NCBI GenBank assembly: GCA_025603075.1
Contig: MU626283.1
Span: 62,001-126,000 of the forward strand
Direction of reading: 5' to 3'
DNA from: Neoconidiobolus thromboides FSU 785
Taxonomy: Eukaryota; Fungi; Entomophthoromycota
Length of the DNA stretch: 64,000 bases
In this document: positions 23,557-37,244 of the stretch, one piece after another
Layout of the letters: each line of letters begins with the position of its first letter
Position numbering within the stretch: position 1 is the stretch's first letter
Position numbers and translations under genes: made by a program
Notes under the pieces: generated by a model
Seen by the model: only the letters and a program-made list of their open reading frames with translations
What the model was told of the DNA's origin: nothing
Databases searched by the model: none

Positions 23557-23638
23557 ATAATCGAGAAGATGAGGCTACTAAACTGTATTTATATTGAGTT
23601 GGGGATAATATATATAATCATAATCTTATTATATCAAA

Positions 23639-26600
23639 TTATTTTGAAAGTTTTCTAAAAGCATCAATAATTGAAGTAGCTCGAACAATTTTACTTTTTT
23701 TATCATTGGATTTCTCTTGTTCGTTATTTACCATAAATGGATTGTGCAACTTACTATTATTAATTATATTGGGATTGTAATTATTATTATTATAATTAAT
23801 ATTATTTTGATTATTATTATTATTATTATTATTAGTTAATTGAGTATGACTACTATTTAAACTAAGATCATCCATCGCTTTTAAATAACTTGTATTATTA
23901 TGTTGACGATTAATAGTATCACTTGATGATTGAGATGAACCAAAAGAAGCAGTACGATGTTCTAATGGAGATGGTAAGTTTTTAGGTAAAGTATGGGAAT
24001 TAGAGGGCGCTGATGAAGCTAAATAATTCAAATCTTGAGATAAAAATGGATTTCCACTTCTACGAAACATATTCTTTTTAGAATTAGAAAATGGAATAAC
24101 AGGTGAAGAGGAAGTAATTGTCATGCTATGAGAATGACCATGAGTTGGCATAAATACTTCTCTTTCTTTATTTGAACTTTTGAAATTTTGCAATTGTTGT
24201 TTCCAGCCACCTGATAATCTTTTAATGGGTCCAGATGGACTACGATTATCTGAAGATATAGAACGTATCATTTCTGATGGATTATCTTCGGTTATTGTAT
24301 TAACTGCTGTTGTTGTTGAATTAGATAATTTACCAATTTCTGGTAATTTAGCAGTATTATGTTCTTGTGGATGAAGAGAAGGTGGAGATAATGAAGGCTC
24401 TAAATCCATATCTTCATCATCTGATTTAACTCTTGGTGGTAATACTGGTGCTAATTTAATTAATATTTTCTCATCAAAATTCATTTTAACTGCTTCATTA
24501 TAAGTGACATCAAATAAAATTTGTTGACAAGCAAAATCAGATGATAAAAAGCAAGGCCATAACTCAGAATTATCTAAAGGATAAATAGGATTAGCACCTT
24601 TTAATAATAAATATTGAATAACTGATAAATTATTATGAATCGATGCAAAATGTAATAAAGAATATTGAGTATTTGGTAATTTTATATTAACATTAGCTCC
24701 ATTTTGAATCAATAATTCTGCTATATAATATAGCGGATATTTACTATCATTTTCATTTTCATCTTCAATATGTAAAAACAATGCTAAATGTAGTGGTGTT
24801 ATATAAGTATTTACTCCAAATAGTTTAACTAATGAAGAATTGGTATTAACATAAAATAAAGCATCAATTATACCACCTAATATAATGGATTGTAATATTG
24901 GCATTGGTAATTCTAAATAAACTGCAGTGAATATAGAAGCAGTAATTAACTTCTTAGATTCCGGTATATCAACTAATTCCATTGAAAATTCATTTACCAT
25001 ATCTAATTTTAAAGAATTACATGGAATATCTGGCTTTAAAAACATATGATCTACATATTTAGCAGTAATATAACGTAATTTAAATGTACGTTCATCACTT
25101 GAAGTTGGTTTAACCCATTTAGTTCCTGTCATTTCATCTACAAATAATTTATTTTCATCTAATAAATATTCCCAATATTCATTAGATAATCCATTACCAA
25201 TTTTTTCTAATAATGTAATTAAATCCGGTGTAAACGTAACTACATCTAATGTTAATGAACGTATTTTAGTTATATGAGTACCCAAACTACGATGAATTCC
25301 AGAACATTCAATACATAATAATATACCAAAATTAATTGAACACCATTCTGGATTATTAGAATCACAATCTGCACAAATCAAATTACTTTGATCTTTTTTT
25401 AAAACGTCAATTAAATATTGTTGATCTAAAAAATTATTAGGACTTAATATTTCCATAGATAAAGGTGAGTGAATTTTCTCTCCCTTATTAAATTTCATTG
25501 AATCTAAATTGGAATTGAATTTGGAATTGAATTTCAAATTTTGGTTTCCTTTTAAATCATCACAAGAAGAAGTACCATTCCAAATAGATTCAATTGAATT
25601 TGTAATAACAGCAATCCACGATGCCATATCATCTTCTGAAGTAGCCTGATATTGACGACGAAATTTAGGTGTTACAATTTCAAAACAAAATTTCCTTGAA
25701 GCTTGATTAGCTACTCTAACTGTAGCAAATTGTAAAGGCACAGGTTCAAAATTCACTTCTAATTGTTTTTTCCAATTATTGTATTCATGTAAATAACCGC
25801 CGGATAGCACACACCATTTTTTATGCCATGAATTTTGACCTGGTAAATTTTTATCAAATTTACTTCCACCTGTTGATTTTAATGGCTTTGTTTGAGTAAA
25901 TAAAAAACCTTCTCGTTTTCTTCCAATGGCCATCGTAGCTTCTCGATTACTTGATTGTAAATCTCGAATCCCATGAAATTTATTATTTTTAAGATCAATC
26001 GAAGTTTTTATAACTTTAGATGGATTATAACCATTTTTAGCTGTAGTTGCTTCATTGATTGAATTAACAAACATCATTTCTGATAAATTTGAATCTGATT
26101 TAATAATTAATCTTCTTTTTTCATCTTTGTCTTTCCTTTTTAATAATATTTCTTTATTAACTTCTTCTATTTGAGTTAATAATTGGTTTAATCTTGGTTT
26201 TAATAAACCTAACCCCTCAATTAATGTTGAATAATTATTAGATACTTTATCTGCAAACGAAGTAAAATAATGTAATATTTCTTGATCTTTACATCCTCCT
26301 CTTAATTCATGAATATAAGTATAATAATTAAATCTAGCTAGTTCAAATTGTTTTTGTCTTTGTTGATATTTAGCATCTGAAAAATTACTTTTCCTACTTT
26401 TATCTTTTGTTGCTGATAAATATTTAGATAAGTAAGAGTAAAATTCATCCGATTCTTGATCAAATGTTTTCTTTTTTGATTCTGCTAATTTAATTTCATT
26501 ATCATATATTCTTTTTAACGGGTCAGTAATATAAGTAGTTAAGTTATATAAATAATTTTCTTCGTTTGATTTAATTAATAAAGCTGCTTCATAAAGATAA

Positions 26601-27949
26601 CTTCTAGATAAAGGTGTTATAGATGGTAAATTTAATATCACATCATAAAATTCTTGTTCAACTTCATATGTCTCTTTTTTACTTTCAATTAATTCTTGTC
26701 CTAATTTAATAATCTTTTTAATATCGTGTTTAAAAGAAGTAACTCTTTTTTCTAATTGTTGAAGTGTTGCTCTAAATACTGGTCCATCATCATCTGTGTA
26801 AACTAATCGATCACTTAAATTAATATCCATTAATGGATTTATTATTTCATTTTCATTAACTTCATTATCCTCTTCTATTTCATTATTATTATTATTAAAT
26901 TTATCTTCGCTTTCTTGTGATATTTTACTTATCTTTGATTCATTACTAAACCTTTTCTCATCAGATATTAAAGTGGATGGTAGAATATCTTCTAAATTTT
27001 GCTTAGATGGGGCTCTTGATAGATTCGGTATTGAAGCTAAGGAGCCTTTTCTAAGATGTAGATTATTTGAACTAATACTTGATTTTCTAGCTCTAAAAGT
27101 ATGTACTAATAAAAGGTGATAAAAAGCAATTTATAAAATTCAAATATTATTAGTTACCATTTAACCAAAAATTAAATTCAGCAATTAAATGAAAGCTTTC
27201 TGAACTTCGTTTGACAAACTTTAAAAATTATAATGAATTTTAATGTATCCTATTTAATAAATTACTTACTGCACATATATTTTTATACCCTCCATTACAA
27301 CTTTCCACATTGCTTAAATTTTCCCAACGCCAAGACCATTGAATAGCTTCACTTAAAGAAGAATGACTACTTTGAGAAGCTCTTTTAAAATCCAGTTCAA
27401 TAGGATAAATATTTTTATTCTAGAATAAATAATAATTTTAATTTCAATCATCTTCATTAATAATATCTTTACCTTAACAATGCAATTAGCATCATTATTA
27501 ATTGTTTGTAAAATACTGCTTAATTCCATCGAATTATTACAATGAATTAAATACCAATCTTCATCTTCTTGTCCACTAACTCCAATCGTGTCTTTATCAA
27601 AATAAAACCGAAACTGTAAATCTAAATCCGAATTAAGTTTTAATATTAATGCATCTGTATTTGGTAAATTCGATTCTGGATCCACAGTAAATTCTAATAA
27701 CTCATCCGAATAAGGTGTAATAATTGGTACTGCCCCTGAATTACATCGGAAATTGATTAATGGTGAATGAAAGGAATTGCTTATAGTTATCTCTTTGATT
27801 AAAATCTGATGATTGAAACTAAAATAATTGATATGTTCTAAGGCACAATTACTATAGATACTTGTACTCGGACTACTCTTATGTTGTTTATAGGAGCGAT
27901 CAGGGAGTATCTCCAGTTTCGCTTCTTTTGGTTTTAAATTGGAGGTCAT
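23639..27949 (-). CDS. ArfGAP with BAR, PH and ankyrin domains (ACAP/centaurin-beta type) plus N-terminal extension; 4 exons
   Basis: BAR DDGPVFRATLQQLEK; PH KREGFLF..WHKKWCVL..RKFCFEIV; ArfGAP CADC..PEWCSINFGILLCIECSGIHRSLGTHITKIRSLTLD; ankyrin repeats. ORF 27353-27949 splices in frame via QWSWRW..GGYKNICA|FVKR..FNFWLN|VHTF. Confidence 0.9.
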
Positions 27950-30292
27950 TAATTAATTGTTTTAATGGCTCTTTCGCTTTTTGTAATAAAAAGAATTAAG
28001 AACTGTTTGCTTCTTTTTTTAAAGTGGAAATGGTATTTGAATTTAGCAATTTTTAAGATTTTTTTGTTCTAAAAATTAACTGTTTTTTTTAAACTTGTGT
28101 AAAAGAGATCAAAGTTGATTTGTTAATTTTACATTCGAAAGTTTAATTGCTTTGAGATTTATATGGAGAATTCACTATTTGTCCATGAGAATATGGATGA
28201 TTGGAGATTAATTAAAATGAACACCTCAATAAATTTCAATATTTAATTTTTACAACATTTTTTGAACTTTTTGTGAACTTTTTTATTGTCTTTAATATCA
28301 GCATTAATAATCAGAAATACCATGACGTAAAAAAAGATGGCTTTTTACTATGCCTAAAAGCAATTAAAACATTTTCTACTTTCTAAGGATCAATTTGTGG
28401 CTCTTGATAACTAATAATATAAAAACGTTAGTGCATAAAAATAGTGGCAACTTTTTTAATATAAACAATCAGAACATTTTAATTCTCAAAGTCAAAATAA
28501 GTATGACCAATGGAATAAAAATACTATTAGGAAGTAATACCGAAATTGTGGCTTGTTATGATAAAGTTGTATCAATTTTAAGAGTTGAACTGAAACATTA
28601 ACTTTTAGTATACATCATTAGTCAAATGAGTATCAAAATCAAATGTTTATTTTATATCAATAGAAATTGATTGAATTTAAAAAATCTAGATGCGGATAGC
28701 CAATAACCATATTTAAGTATCATTTATAAATGACTATGAAGTTTATATAAAAATTTATTTAGAAATTTATTCCCCATCTTATAAAATTGCCTAAAAAAGT
28801 ATCTATTATATATACATATCTAAACTACCAACCCATTTCTTAACATACCGAAGCTCTTCCCCCAAAAAATAGATATCGAAAATTGAAACCAGATTTACTA
28901 AGTGTATTCTCACGATAGATTTGTAAATGAAAGTCACGAGGGATTTGAAGTCTTTAAGCCCAATGACGTACCAACTGATAAGCTGACACAAGGTAAGACA
29001 AAGTGAATCCAATAGTTGACCAACGAAAACAAGAAGCTTTAAAAGTCCTCTTAAATGAATGTAAGCCAAAAGTAGTACTTTGGATTAAATCAACTAAATT
29101 GATGTAAATAATAAAGTCCAAAAGCATAATTCATTTTAGAAATAATAATAGAATAAATATCAATGAAGAGAGATCTAGAGGAAGAGATCCAACCACTTAT
29201 ATACTTCCTATGAGTATAGAATGCATTAACTAATTACAATTTGTATTTATGTCTAAAAATATACGTCATCAAAGTTATTAATAACTTTAATAATAGCCTT
29301 CTTTACATTACTTTCTAAAATGCATTCAACTTATATTGAATCTTATTCAATTATAGTATCAGATTTAAGTAAGTAGGGGGGTTTGATTAGTAGCTTTGAT
29401 ATCCTGTTTATATGATTAATAAAAAATTAATAAAAAAATAGAAAATTATAAAGTAAGTAAAGGTTTAATTCATAACACTTCTCACAGTATAGGTAAAAGG
29501 AGATATGTAAGAGTCAATTTATACTAACTTCTAATAATTATTCAAAATTTAATGAAACTAAAGAAATAACTACTTTAGGCAAAAAAAAAATGAAAAAAAG
29601 AACCTAATAATATTTGAGAAGAATAAAAATGTTTGGTACAAGTAAAGATATAATTAAAGATATATTATTTATGATTTTAAAAGTATATAAGCTTAATGAT
29701 GAAAATAAGAAAATGTAACATCATCGAGTTAGTTGCCATTGTCTTGTTTAAGTTAAAGTTTCTAGCATTGTATTGTTTTTGATTACAATCTTGACTATGT
29801 TTAATTTGCTAAATTAGCTAACCGTATTCTGAAAAACATTAAAGTCTCTGTTATTTAGGCTAATAATGCAATATTATTGAACTGAAATTTTAAATACTTA
29901 TGTTTTAATATAATCATTATACTTCTTTAAATATTATATTTAAGTTACTTTATAGAACTTGGGTTGTTTTTATATCTATTTAATCTTAATATCTTTATAT
30001 ATTAACTATTCAACTATTTTAAACAGCTTTTTGATCCATCTTTTTATAAATAACGATTAGTATATATATAATATTAAACTTATTATGAATTAAAAATTAT
30101 TATAGGCATTTTAATATAAACCTAATTTTTAAAATAAGGATTCAGAGCAATTTTCTTTAATAAACTACATTTATTAACATACCTTAATATTATGTTTTAG
30201 CTATATAGCTCTTCAAGTTAAATTAAAGCTCAATAAATCAATATCAGTATAAATATTTAATATTTAATATCGTATAGTATTTTATCCCTTAT

Positions 30293-30398
30293 ATATGAGG
30301 ATGTTTTTTTTGGCTTCATTACTTTTTCCATCTTTTAAGCACTCTTGAGTGGAAAATTTGTTAGTGGAATTCTTGAATACAAAAATACATTCACATAT
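30293..30398 (+). mobile_element. MITE-like TIR element, copy 9 (A)
   Basis: atatgaggatgttttttttggcttcattactttttccatcttttaagcactcttgagtggaaaatttgttagtggaattcttgaatacaaaaatacattcacatat. Confidence 0.9.
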
Positions 30399-30926
30399 TT
30401 TTAATTCTATAAACTTAGTAATTTTTTCAATTTAAGTTCCTAAAAAGTTAATGAAATGCTGAAATGGAGATGAGTATTCCTAGATACTATCTTTTAACTG
30501 TAGCTTTAAAATAAATTACAAGATAAGGTGGTGTATCCTTGATTATAATAGTGATAGACTTAAAAGCTCTATCACTCTATCTTATCTTTATTATTAATGA
30601 ACTTTTTTTGTTTATAAAACTTTCAACTTATTTCAAATTTTAAAACAATTTCCCAAATTAAAATGATCAAAAGATAGTCTCATCATTACCATTTCTATCC
30701 AATCAACCCTTTGCTCCCACTCCAGTCATTGGCCCACTGCCTCAACCTTATGAAAAAGAAGCTCAAATTGAGCTTTGAGCCAACTTAATCTAAGCGGAGA
30801 ATTAATTAGAAGAATTACTAAAATTGTCCATTAGAGTAAGAATAAAAATGATGGTTGCATGATGTAAAAAAAACAAAAGATTCAAAAAATAAAAATTAAT
30901 AAAATTGTTTTATCTTAAATTAAAAG

Positions 30927-32004
30927 ATGGCTATTATCTATTCTTTAGTGGCAAGGGGCGCCGTTATTTTAAGTGAATTCGCTAGTAGTACGGGTAATTT
31001 TTCAAGTGGTAAGCATGTTTTGAGTTTTAAATGGAAGTCTGTTTTTTTTAATATGTTTATTAATGTTTAGTTACTCAAACAATATTGGAAAAGATACCAG
31101 AAGGGGATTCAAAGCTAACATATGTTTATGATAAGTAAGCAAAAAAATGAATAGTGGAAAAAATTATTTTATTAATATGTTTTAGATTTTTATTCCATTA
31201 TATCTCTGAAAAAGGAGTTATCTTTCTATGTATGGCAGATGAAGAGTTTGGTTAGTTTTAACATGAATTTAGAGCGATAAAAGTATTAAATAAGTAATTA
31301 GGGAGGAGAATACCATTCGCATTTTTAGAAGATATTAAAAACTTATTTTTTAAAAGTTATACTAAAGAGTTTTATGAGTCAGTGCCCATCTATGGTATCA
31401 ACGAGTTTTCAAAGGTTCTAAAGTCAAAGATGGTATATTTTTTTATGCTTCTTGTTGTAATTATTTATTTGGCTTTAGGAATTTTACTCTAATGACCCTT
31501 CCGCAGATAAATTTAAACAAGTCAAAGGCGAAATTGCTGGGGTAAAGGATGTTATGGTACAGAATATAGGTAACGATGAGTAATTTTGTATATAGGTTTT
31601 GTAAGTTTAATCTGTATTCTAGAAAGGGTATTGGAAAGAGGAGAAAGAATTGATATCCTTGTTGATAAAACGGATAATTTAAATCAAACCTCATTTGCAT
31701 TCCGTAAACGTAGTACAGCATTAAGAGTGAGTTTTATTTTCTTTATTTAAGTTTACTTTTAACTTTTAAAATAGCGCTCTTTATGGTGGAAAAATACACG
31801 CCTTAAGATTATGTTAGGGGCCTCTATAATGGTACTTTTATTTACTTTTGTAAATTTTTGGCTAATTTTAAACTAGTTTATTTTGTATATTATTGCCTGC
31901 TCGATCTGTGGTTTTCCAAGTAATTTTATTTTTATTACTGATATTATTAGGTTTTTAAACATTTTATGCTTTTAGTGATTGATCAATGCTTACACCCTCA
32001 GTAA
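30927..32004 (+). CDS. VAMP7: Longin R-SNARE, VAMP7-like, multi-exon
   Basis: MAIIYSLVARGAVILSEF longin start; RRIPFAFLEDIK; KQVKGEIAGVKDVMVQNI|ERVLERGERIDILVDKT; WWKN plus TM helix. Last-exon boundary is less certain. Confidence 0.92.
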
Positions 32005-32152
32005 CATAGTATATATCATACTAAATTCTTTATAGTCATGACATTGATATTAAAGCTATTTATTATAAATTAAAAATTAATTTTAGTTTTCGTAATTAGA
32101 AATATTATAATAAATTTGAAATAAACTTAAGAATCCTCAAATAAATTACATG

Positions 32153-32257
32153 ATATGAGGATGTGTTTTTTTGTTTAAGAATTTTACTACAATCTTTCCA
32201 CTCAAATAGCGCTTAAAAAATGGAAAAATAATGAAACCAAAAAAAACAGTCCCATAT
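32153..32257 (-). mobile_element. MITE-like TIR element, copy 10 (B, close to consensus)
   Basis: atatgaggatgtgtttttttgtttaagaattttactacaatctttccactcaaatagcgcttaaaaaatggaaaaataatgaaaccaaaaaaaacagtcccatat. Confidence 0.92.
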
Positions 32258-32368
32258 AATGAAATTATTAATGATAAATTGGTTCAAAGCATTAAGACAA
32301 AAAAAAGAGTTATATTAAAAAAATATTATACTTATAAATTAACATTGAATTTAATAGTCAAGATTAAG

Positions 32369-33406
32369 TTATTTAGCACCACCACGCTTATTCTTTGCTA
32401 GTTCTTTATTCTCTTCTTCGATTTCAGCTACTATTTTTTCAATATCTTCATTACTTACAACCTAAAAACAAGTTAATTTCACTTTGACTAAGATTAAATC
32501 ATTCAATTACATTAAGGGAGTAGTCTGGAGATAATACAGCGATTTCTAAATTATTGGATCCTGCTTGAACAATCTATAAAATTAATTAATTAAACAAATT
32601 AAAACTTAATGATAGTTACTTCTAATAAAGATTTAACTGCTAATTTAATAGCAGCATCTTTTTCCAAATTTTCTTCATAATTTTTTTCCAAAAATTCTTT
32701 GACTGATTTTGATGAACGTCCAATAGCATTAGCCTATATCAATATTTAGTTCAATCAGATTTAAATCTGTTTAAGCCTTACCTTCCAAGAGGTATGGATA
32801 CCAGCAGGGTCAGTTTGGTATAAACGTGGGGTACCATCAGGATCGAAACCTCCAATTAAGGTAGAGATACCGAATGGTCTTTTACCACCTGAAGAAGTAT
32901 ATTTCTACAAAATTTTTAAAATTTTAAACAAAATATAGTATAAATCTCAATTACTTGTTGAACCCCAGCTAAATAACGAGATATGTATTCTACGGTTACT
33001 GGATCTTCAACAGTTAATCGATAACTTTGACACTCAAGTCTAGCTTTATCTATAAGTACACGTGCATCGGCAGTCAAACCTTAGAAAGGAATTATAATCA
33101 TTGACATTTAATATTAAATTAAATCTTACCAGCAAACACCAAACAGATATGTTCATCAATCTTAGCTAATTTGCGTACTGTTCTTGGGTCTTGTAATTTT
33201 AAGATAGCTTTTTTTTCAACGCCTAAAATAATAGCGTCTTTACCACGTACACCTACCTATATAAAAATCAATCCATAGCTCATAACCATTAGTATATAGC
33301 TTACTGCACAAGAACCTTTATTGACTGCTTCTAATGCATATTCTACTTGAAATAAATGACCATCTGGTGAAAAGACTGTTAATGCTCGATCATATCCTCC
33401 TGACAT
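32369..33406 (-). CDS. PRE6: 20S proteasome subunit alpha-4, multi-exon
   Basis: [28 protein letters not shown]; [10 protein letters not shown]; [10 protein letters not shown]; [31 protein letters not shown]. Confidence 0.97.
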
Positions 33407-33472
33407 TCTGGTATTTTTTTGAAATATAAAAATAAACAACTAATTTTTTTTATAACTTTAACACTAAGCTTT

Positions 33473-33490
33473 TTATTGGCTGCTTACGTC
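33473..33490. promoter_or_regulatory. CCAAT box plus CRE-like site upstream of PRE6
   Basis: TTATTGGCT followed by TTACGTCA, ~70-85 nt upstream of the ATG. Confidence 0.45.
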
Positions 33491-34109
33491 ACTTAGATTT
33501 GAATTTTTGCAATTTTTCTTAGAAATATTGCTTAAAATATATATTTCTTGAAAATTAATGTTATTGATGGGATTTTTAGACTAAAAATAGACTAGTTATT
33601 TATCATGAATACTTTAAATACAATTGTTAAATAGATAAATTATTCATTATATTAATAAACAAATGCTATAGCAATAAAAACACTAATAGTTTTCAATTGC
33701 TTAATAAATTGTAAGCTCAATAGAAATTAAATAAAGTGGAGTCAAACTGGAAACCAATCAAACACTTATAAATTAAAAATTTAACCCACTAAAACTTGAT
33801 TACATTTAAACAAAAATTAGCTTTGACTGAAATGATAAAACCATTAATTTATTAATCATATAAAACTAGCGCCAAATTAGAGCCAATGATTTTCGAGGCT
33901 TCTCGATTGAATACCAATAAAATCCACAATATCTAACATACCTCCGACAACCAATGAAGCCCAGTCCATTCTCAATTATAATTGGCTGCTTAAACCAATA
34001 AGAACACCTAAGCATAAGTTACCGTTGAAGTTCCAAGTATAAATAATAGCTGTATGAAATTCCATTTTTTAGTGCTTGCTAATAACTTTAAAGAAATTAT
34101 ATATATAAC

Positions 34110-35124
34110 ATGGCTGAACGTGATGAATTGATGCCCACTGAAACCGAAGGTTACAAAGTTGGTGAAAAAAAAACAATTGAAGAGTTACAAAACCTTGACG
34201 CTGAAGATGAATCTTTGGCTAAATGGAAAGCTTCTTTAGGTTTAGCTGCAGCTGGTAGTGGTAAGTTTTTGAGGCTCGTTTTTATGTAATTGAGTGTTCA
34301 TTATTTTCATTTTTAGCTGCATCACCTGCTGATGATCCTAGAAAGGTAACTTATTTTTTATCTGTCTTGATTTGTAAATTAATGCTTTTTTAGGTTGTTG
34401 TTTTACAATTAGCTATGGAAGTTGAAGGTCGTCCAGATGTTTTAATGGATCTTTCTTCACCTGGTAAATTTATTTAGTTATAAATAGATTCGAATTAATG
34501 GTAATAAAACATTATTAGCATCAATCCAAAGAGTTAAAGAGACTCCAATTACTATAAAGGAAGGTATTGATTATCGTATGAAGATTAAATTTAAGTGAGA
34601 TTATTATCTTAAAGATTTATTATTATTTATTCATTGGTTTATTTAGAGTTCAACATGAAGTTATTTCTGGATTAAGATATATTCAAGTGGTTAAAAAGCT
34701 TGGTATTCCAGGTAGGATTATATTTTAGTTTTAAATAAAACTATTTATACTAAACTACAAATTTAGTTGATAGAATGGAAGAGATGCTTGGAAGTTATGG
34801 ACCTAACGCAGAAGCTTATGAAAAAACAGTAAGTTTTAATTTCAACTTTAAAGTGTAAAATTTATCAATACATCTTCTTAGTTCCCTACTGAACAGGCTC
34901 CAAGTGGTTTCCTTTATCGCTCTACTTATGCTGTTAAGGTAAGATTTAAATTTAAAATTGCTATTGTAATGTTTTATTAATATTCTAAATTAGAGTCGAT
35001 TCATTGATGATGATAAAAACGTCCATTTAGAATGGGAATGGGTAATTTAATTATATAATAATAATAATAAGCTATTAATACAGTTATTTCAATATAGCAA
35101 TTTAAGATTGAAAAAGATTGGTAA
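34110..35124 (+). CDS. RDI1: Rho GDP-dissociation inhibitor, multi-exon
   Basis: TEGYKVGEKKTIEELQNLDAEDESLAKWKASLG; DDPRK|VVV; IKEGIDYRMKIKF; EEMLGSYGP; EQAPSG; FIDDDK..LEWEW; ..KDW*. Confidence 0.96.
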
Positions 35125-35748
35125 ATAGGACACCAAATCATAATAAGAATTAATATTTTTATTTTCGCTCTCATCCTCACTTTTTGATTTAAGAATAAAC
35201 AATTATTAACTAAATTTTATACTTCGTCTTTTCATTATATATTAAATTTATTATTATTTGTTATTCGAGCATACCTAATATTTTATTTTGACATTTGTGT
35301 ATTAAGATAAAAAATGACAATTCAATTTGTCAAACTAATTTTAAAATTGAAATAAAGAATGTTCTTGATTAAATGAATTTACTTATTCACACCAAAATCT
35401 GTAATATTATTATACTAAGTCGAATAACAGTGAGATTGTTAATAAAAAAAGCAATCAAACTAAACAAAAATAAAGAGCAGTAGTATTCAATAGGGATATT
35501 TTGTATTGGATGATATAATTATAAACCTATACAGCAGTTTGGGTTTTAAAATGAAAATATTACTTGAATCAAGTAATATATATTAAGATTTATGAATAAG
35601 TATAAAGATGTGATCGATTTACCCAACCGTTTATACATTTTCCATGACTATTATTGATTGAGCAAATAACTTGTCTTCACATGGGCCCACGAATCCAAAT
35701 CTACATTATTTAAAAATTTTACAAATTGATTGCATTATAATATTAACT

Positions 35749-35851
35749 AAATGGGGATGTTTTTTTTGGTTTCATCACTTTTTCCATTATTTAAACGCTA
35801 TTTGAGCGGAAAGATTGTTGGCGAAATCCAAACAAAAAAATACCTTCAAAT
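35749..35851 (+). mobile_element. MITE-like TIR element, copy 11 (A; right end degenerate)
   Basis: atggggatgtttttttggtttcatcactttttccattatttaaacgctatttgagcggaaagattgttggcgaaatccaaacaaaaaaatacc. Confidence 0.87.
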
Positions 35852-37244
35852 CTTATTTATATTAATACTATTAAAACTAAGAAGTTGATAATATTAAAAG
35901 CTAAAAAAATTAATATTTTTTACGATAAAAGGTTTTATTTTTAAATAGGTATTATGTTTTACTGAATTATAAAGGGATAATAATTATTATTTCCTCATTA
36001 TTCCATATCTGGATCAACTTATATATAGCTTAATTCAAATCCCTAACATATAATTTGAATAAATCTAAAGCAAATATTCTTAAATTAGAGTAGTTCTTAT
36101 CTATCGATGAACTCCTTCCTTGTCTCATAATACTCTCGCCTCAATCCTCCAATTCCGACTTACCCATTTTACTATTCTCTCCGTTGCTATCATAGATAGA
36201 ACAATCGATAACACTGTATCTTTTAAGATTTAAGAAAAAATATTAGTTTAAATTACAATTATTTACTAAATAGTAAAGAACACGCTTTATTTAATAGCGG
36301 ATATTTTTATTTATGTAACCTAGCAATAATTAAGGTAGTTCTAGCAATATTTAAACTAGACAAATTCACTTTTTAATTCAGCTAGAAGAATAGGATACTT
36401 GTATGGATTTTGATCAACATCGGATAAAACAAAAAAATGTATTAATATATAATGATATTAAGTCCAAATTGCTCTTGTTCCTTATTACAATATAATGCTA
36501 TTGAGTGCAACGGGGTAGAATCATGTTATACTAGATGTATTATTCGTGCTTATTTATCAAAAAGATGAAAAATTGCAGAATATGAAATATATCAAATGAT
36601 ATTTATAGACTTAATACAAATAATTTAAATTATATATTTTGAAAAACAAACCAAAATAAAGTACCTGTTCTTCTGTCCTTGTCGCTTTTGTTATTTAACT
36701 CTGATGATACATGTTTATATCATCTCATGATATTTTCTGATAATAACTATTGTAATAACTAATGATAAGTTGAAATCTTACAATATCTTTTATTATGATA
36801 TTATTATGCATATCGTAATTTTATTAAAGTTTTAAACGTCATCAAAAGAAATTTTAATTACTTATTTAAGCTAGTAATTAACTAGTATGTATAATATACG
36901 TATTATATTGATTAGTAGGATTATTTGATATTCAACGTTGTTTTTTTCTTTGGTGTCACTTTCATTATACAATATATGTTATAGAAGTCGAGTTTATTTT
37001 AGATGCTAAACTAATATTTCAATAATATATGAAACAAAAAGACCATATATAAAAACTAAGTTTAAATACATAAAAAGCTATAAAATAAAATTTTCAAGTT
37101 CTCTAAAAAACTCTAAAAATAGCCCTAGTTCCTAAAGGTGATTTCACCAAAGTTACTAGTTTAAAAATGAACAGAAAAAATTCTATATTTAAATTTTCTT
37201 ATTCTTTTAATTATTTAATTTCAGTGTAAGGGTCTTTGGATTCG

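Noticed and set aside
28806-29230. 87-aa minus ORF and coding-like plus-strand fragments
   Set aside because: It has a TTG start, no recognisable domain, and the plus-strand frames are broken. At best an unidentifiable relic.
30522-30587. Perfect 9-bp stem AGTGATAGA/TCTATCACT with an outer 7-bp stem; tetO-like letters
   Set aside because: Single occurrence, arms in the wrong arrangement for an operator, and plausible by chance in AT-rich DNA.
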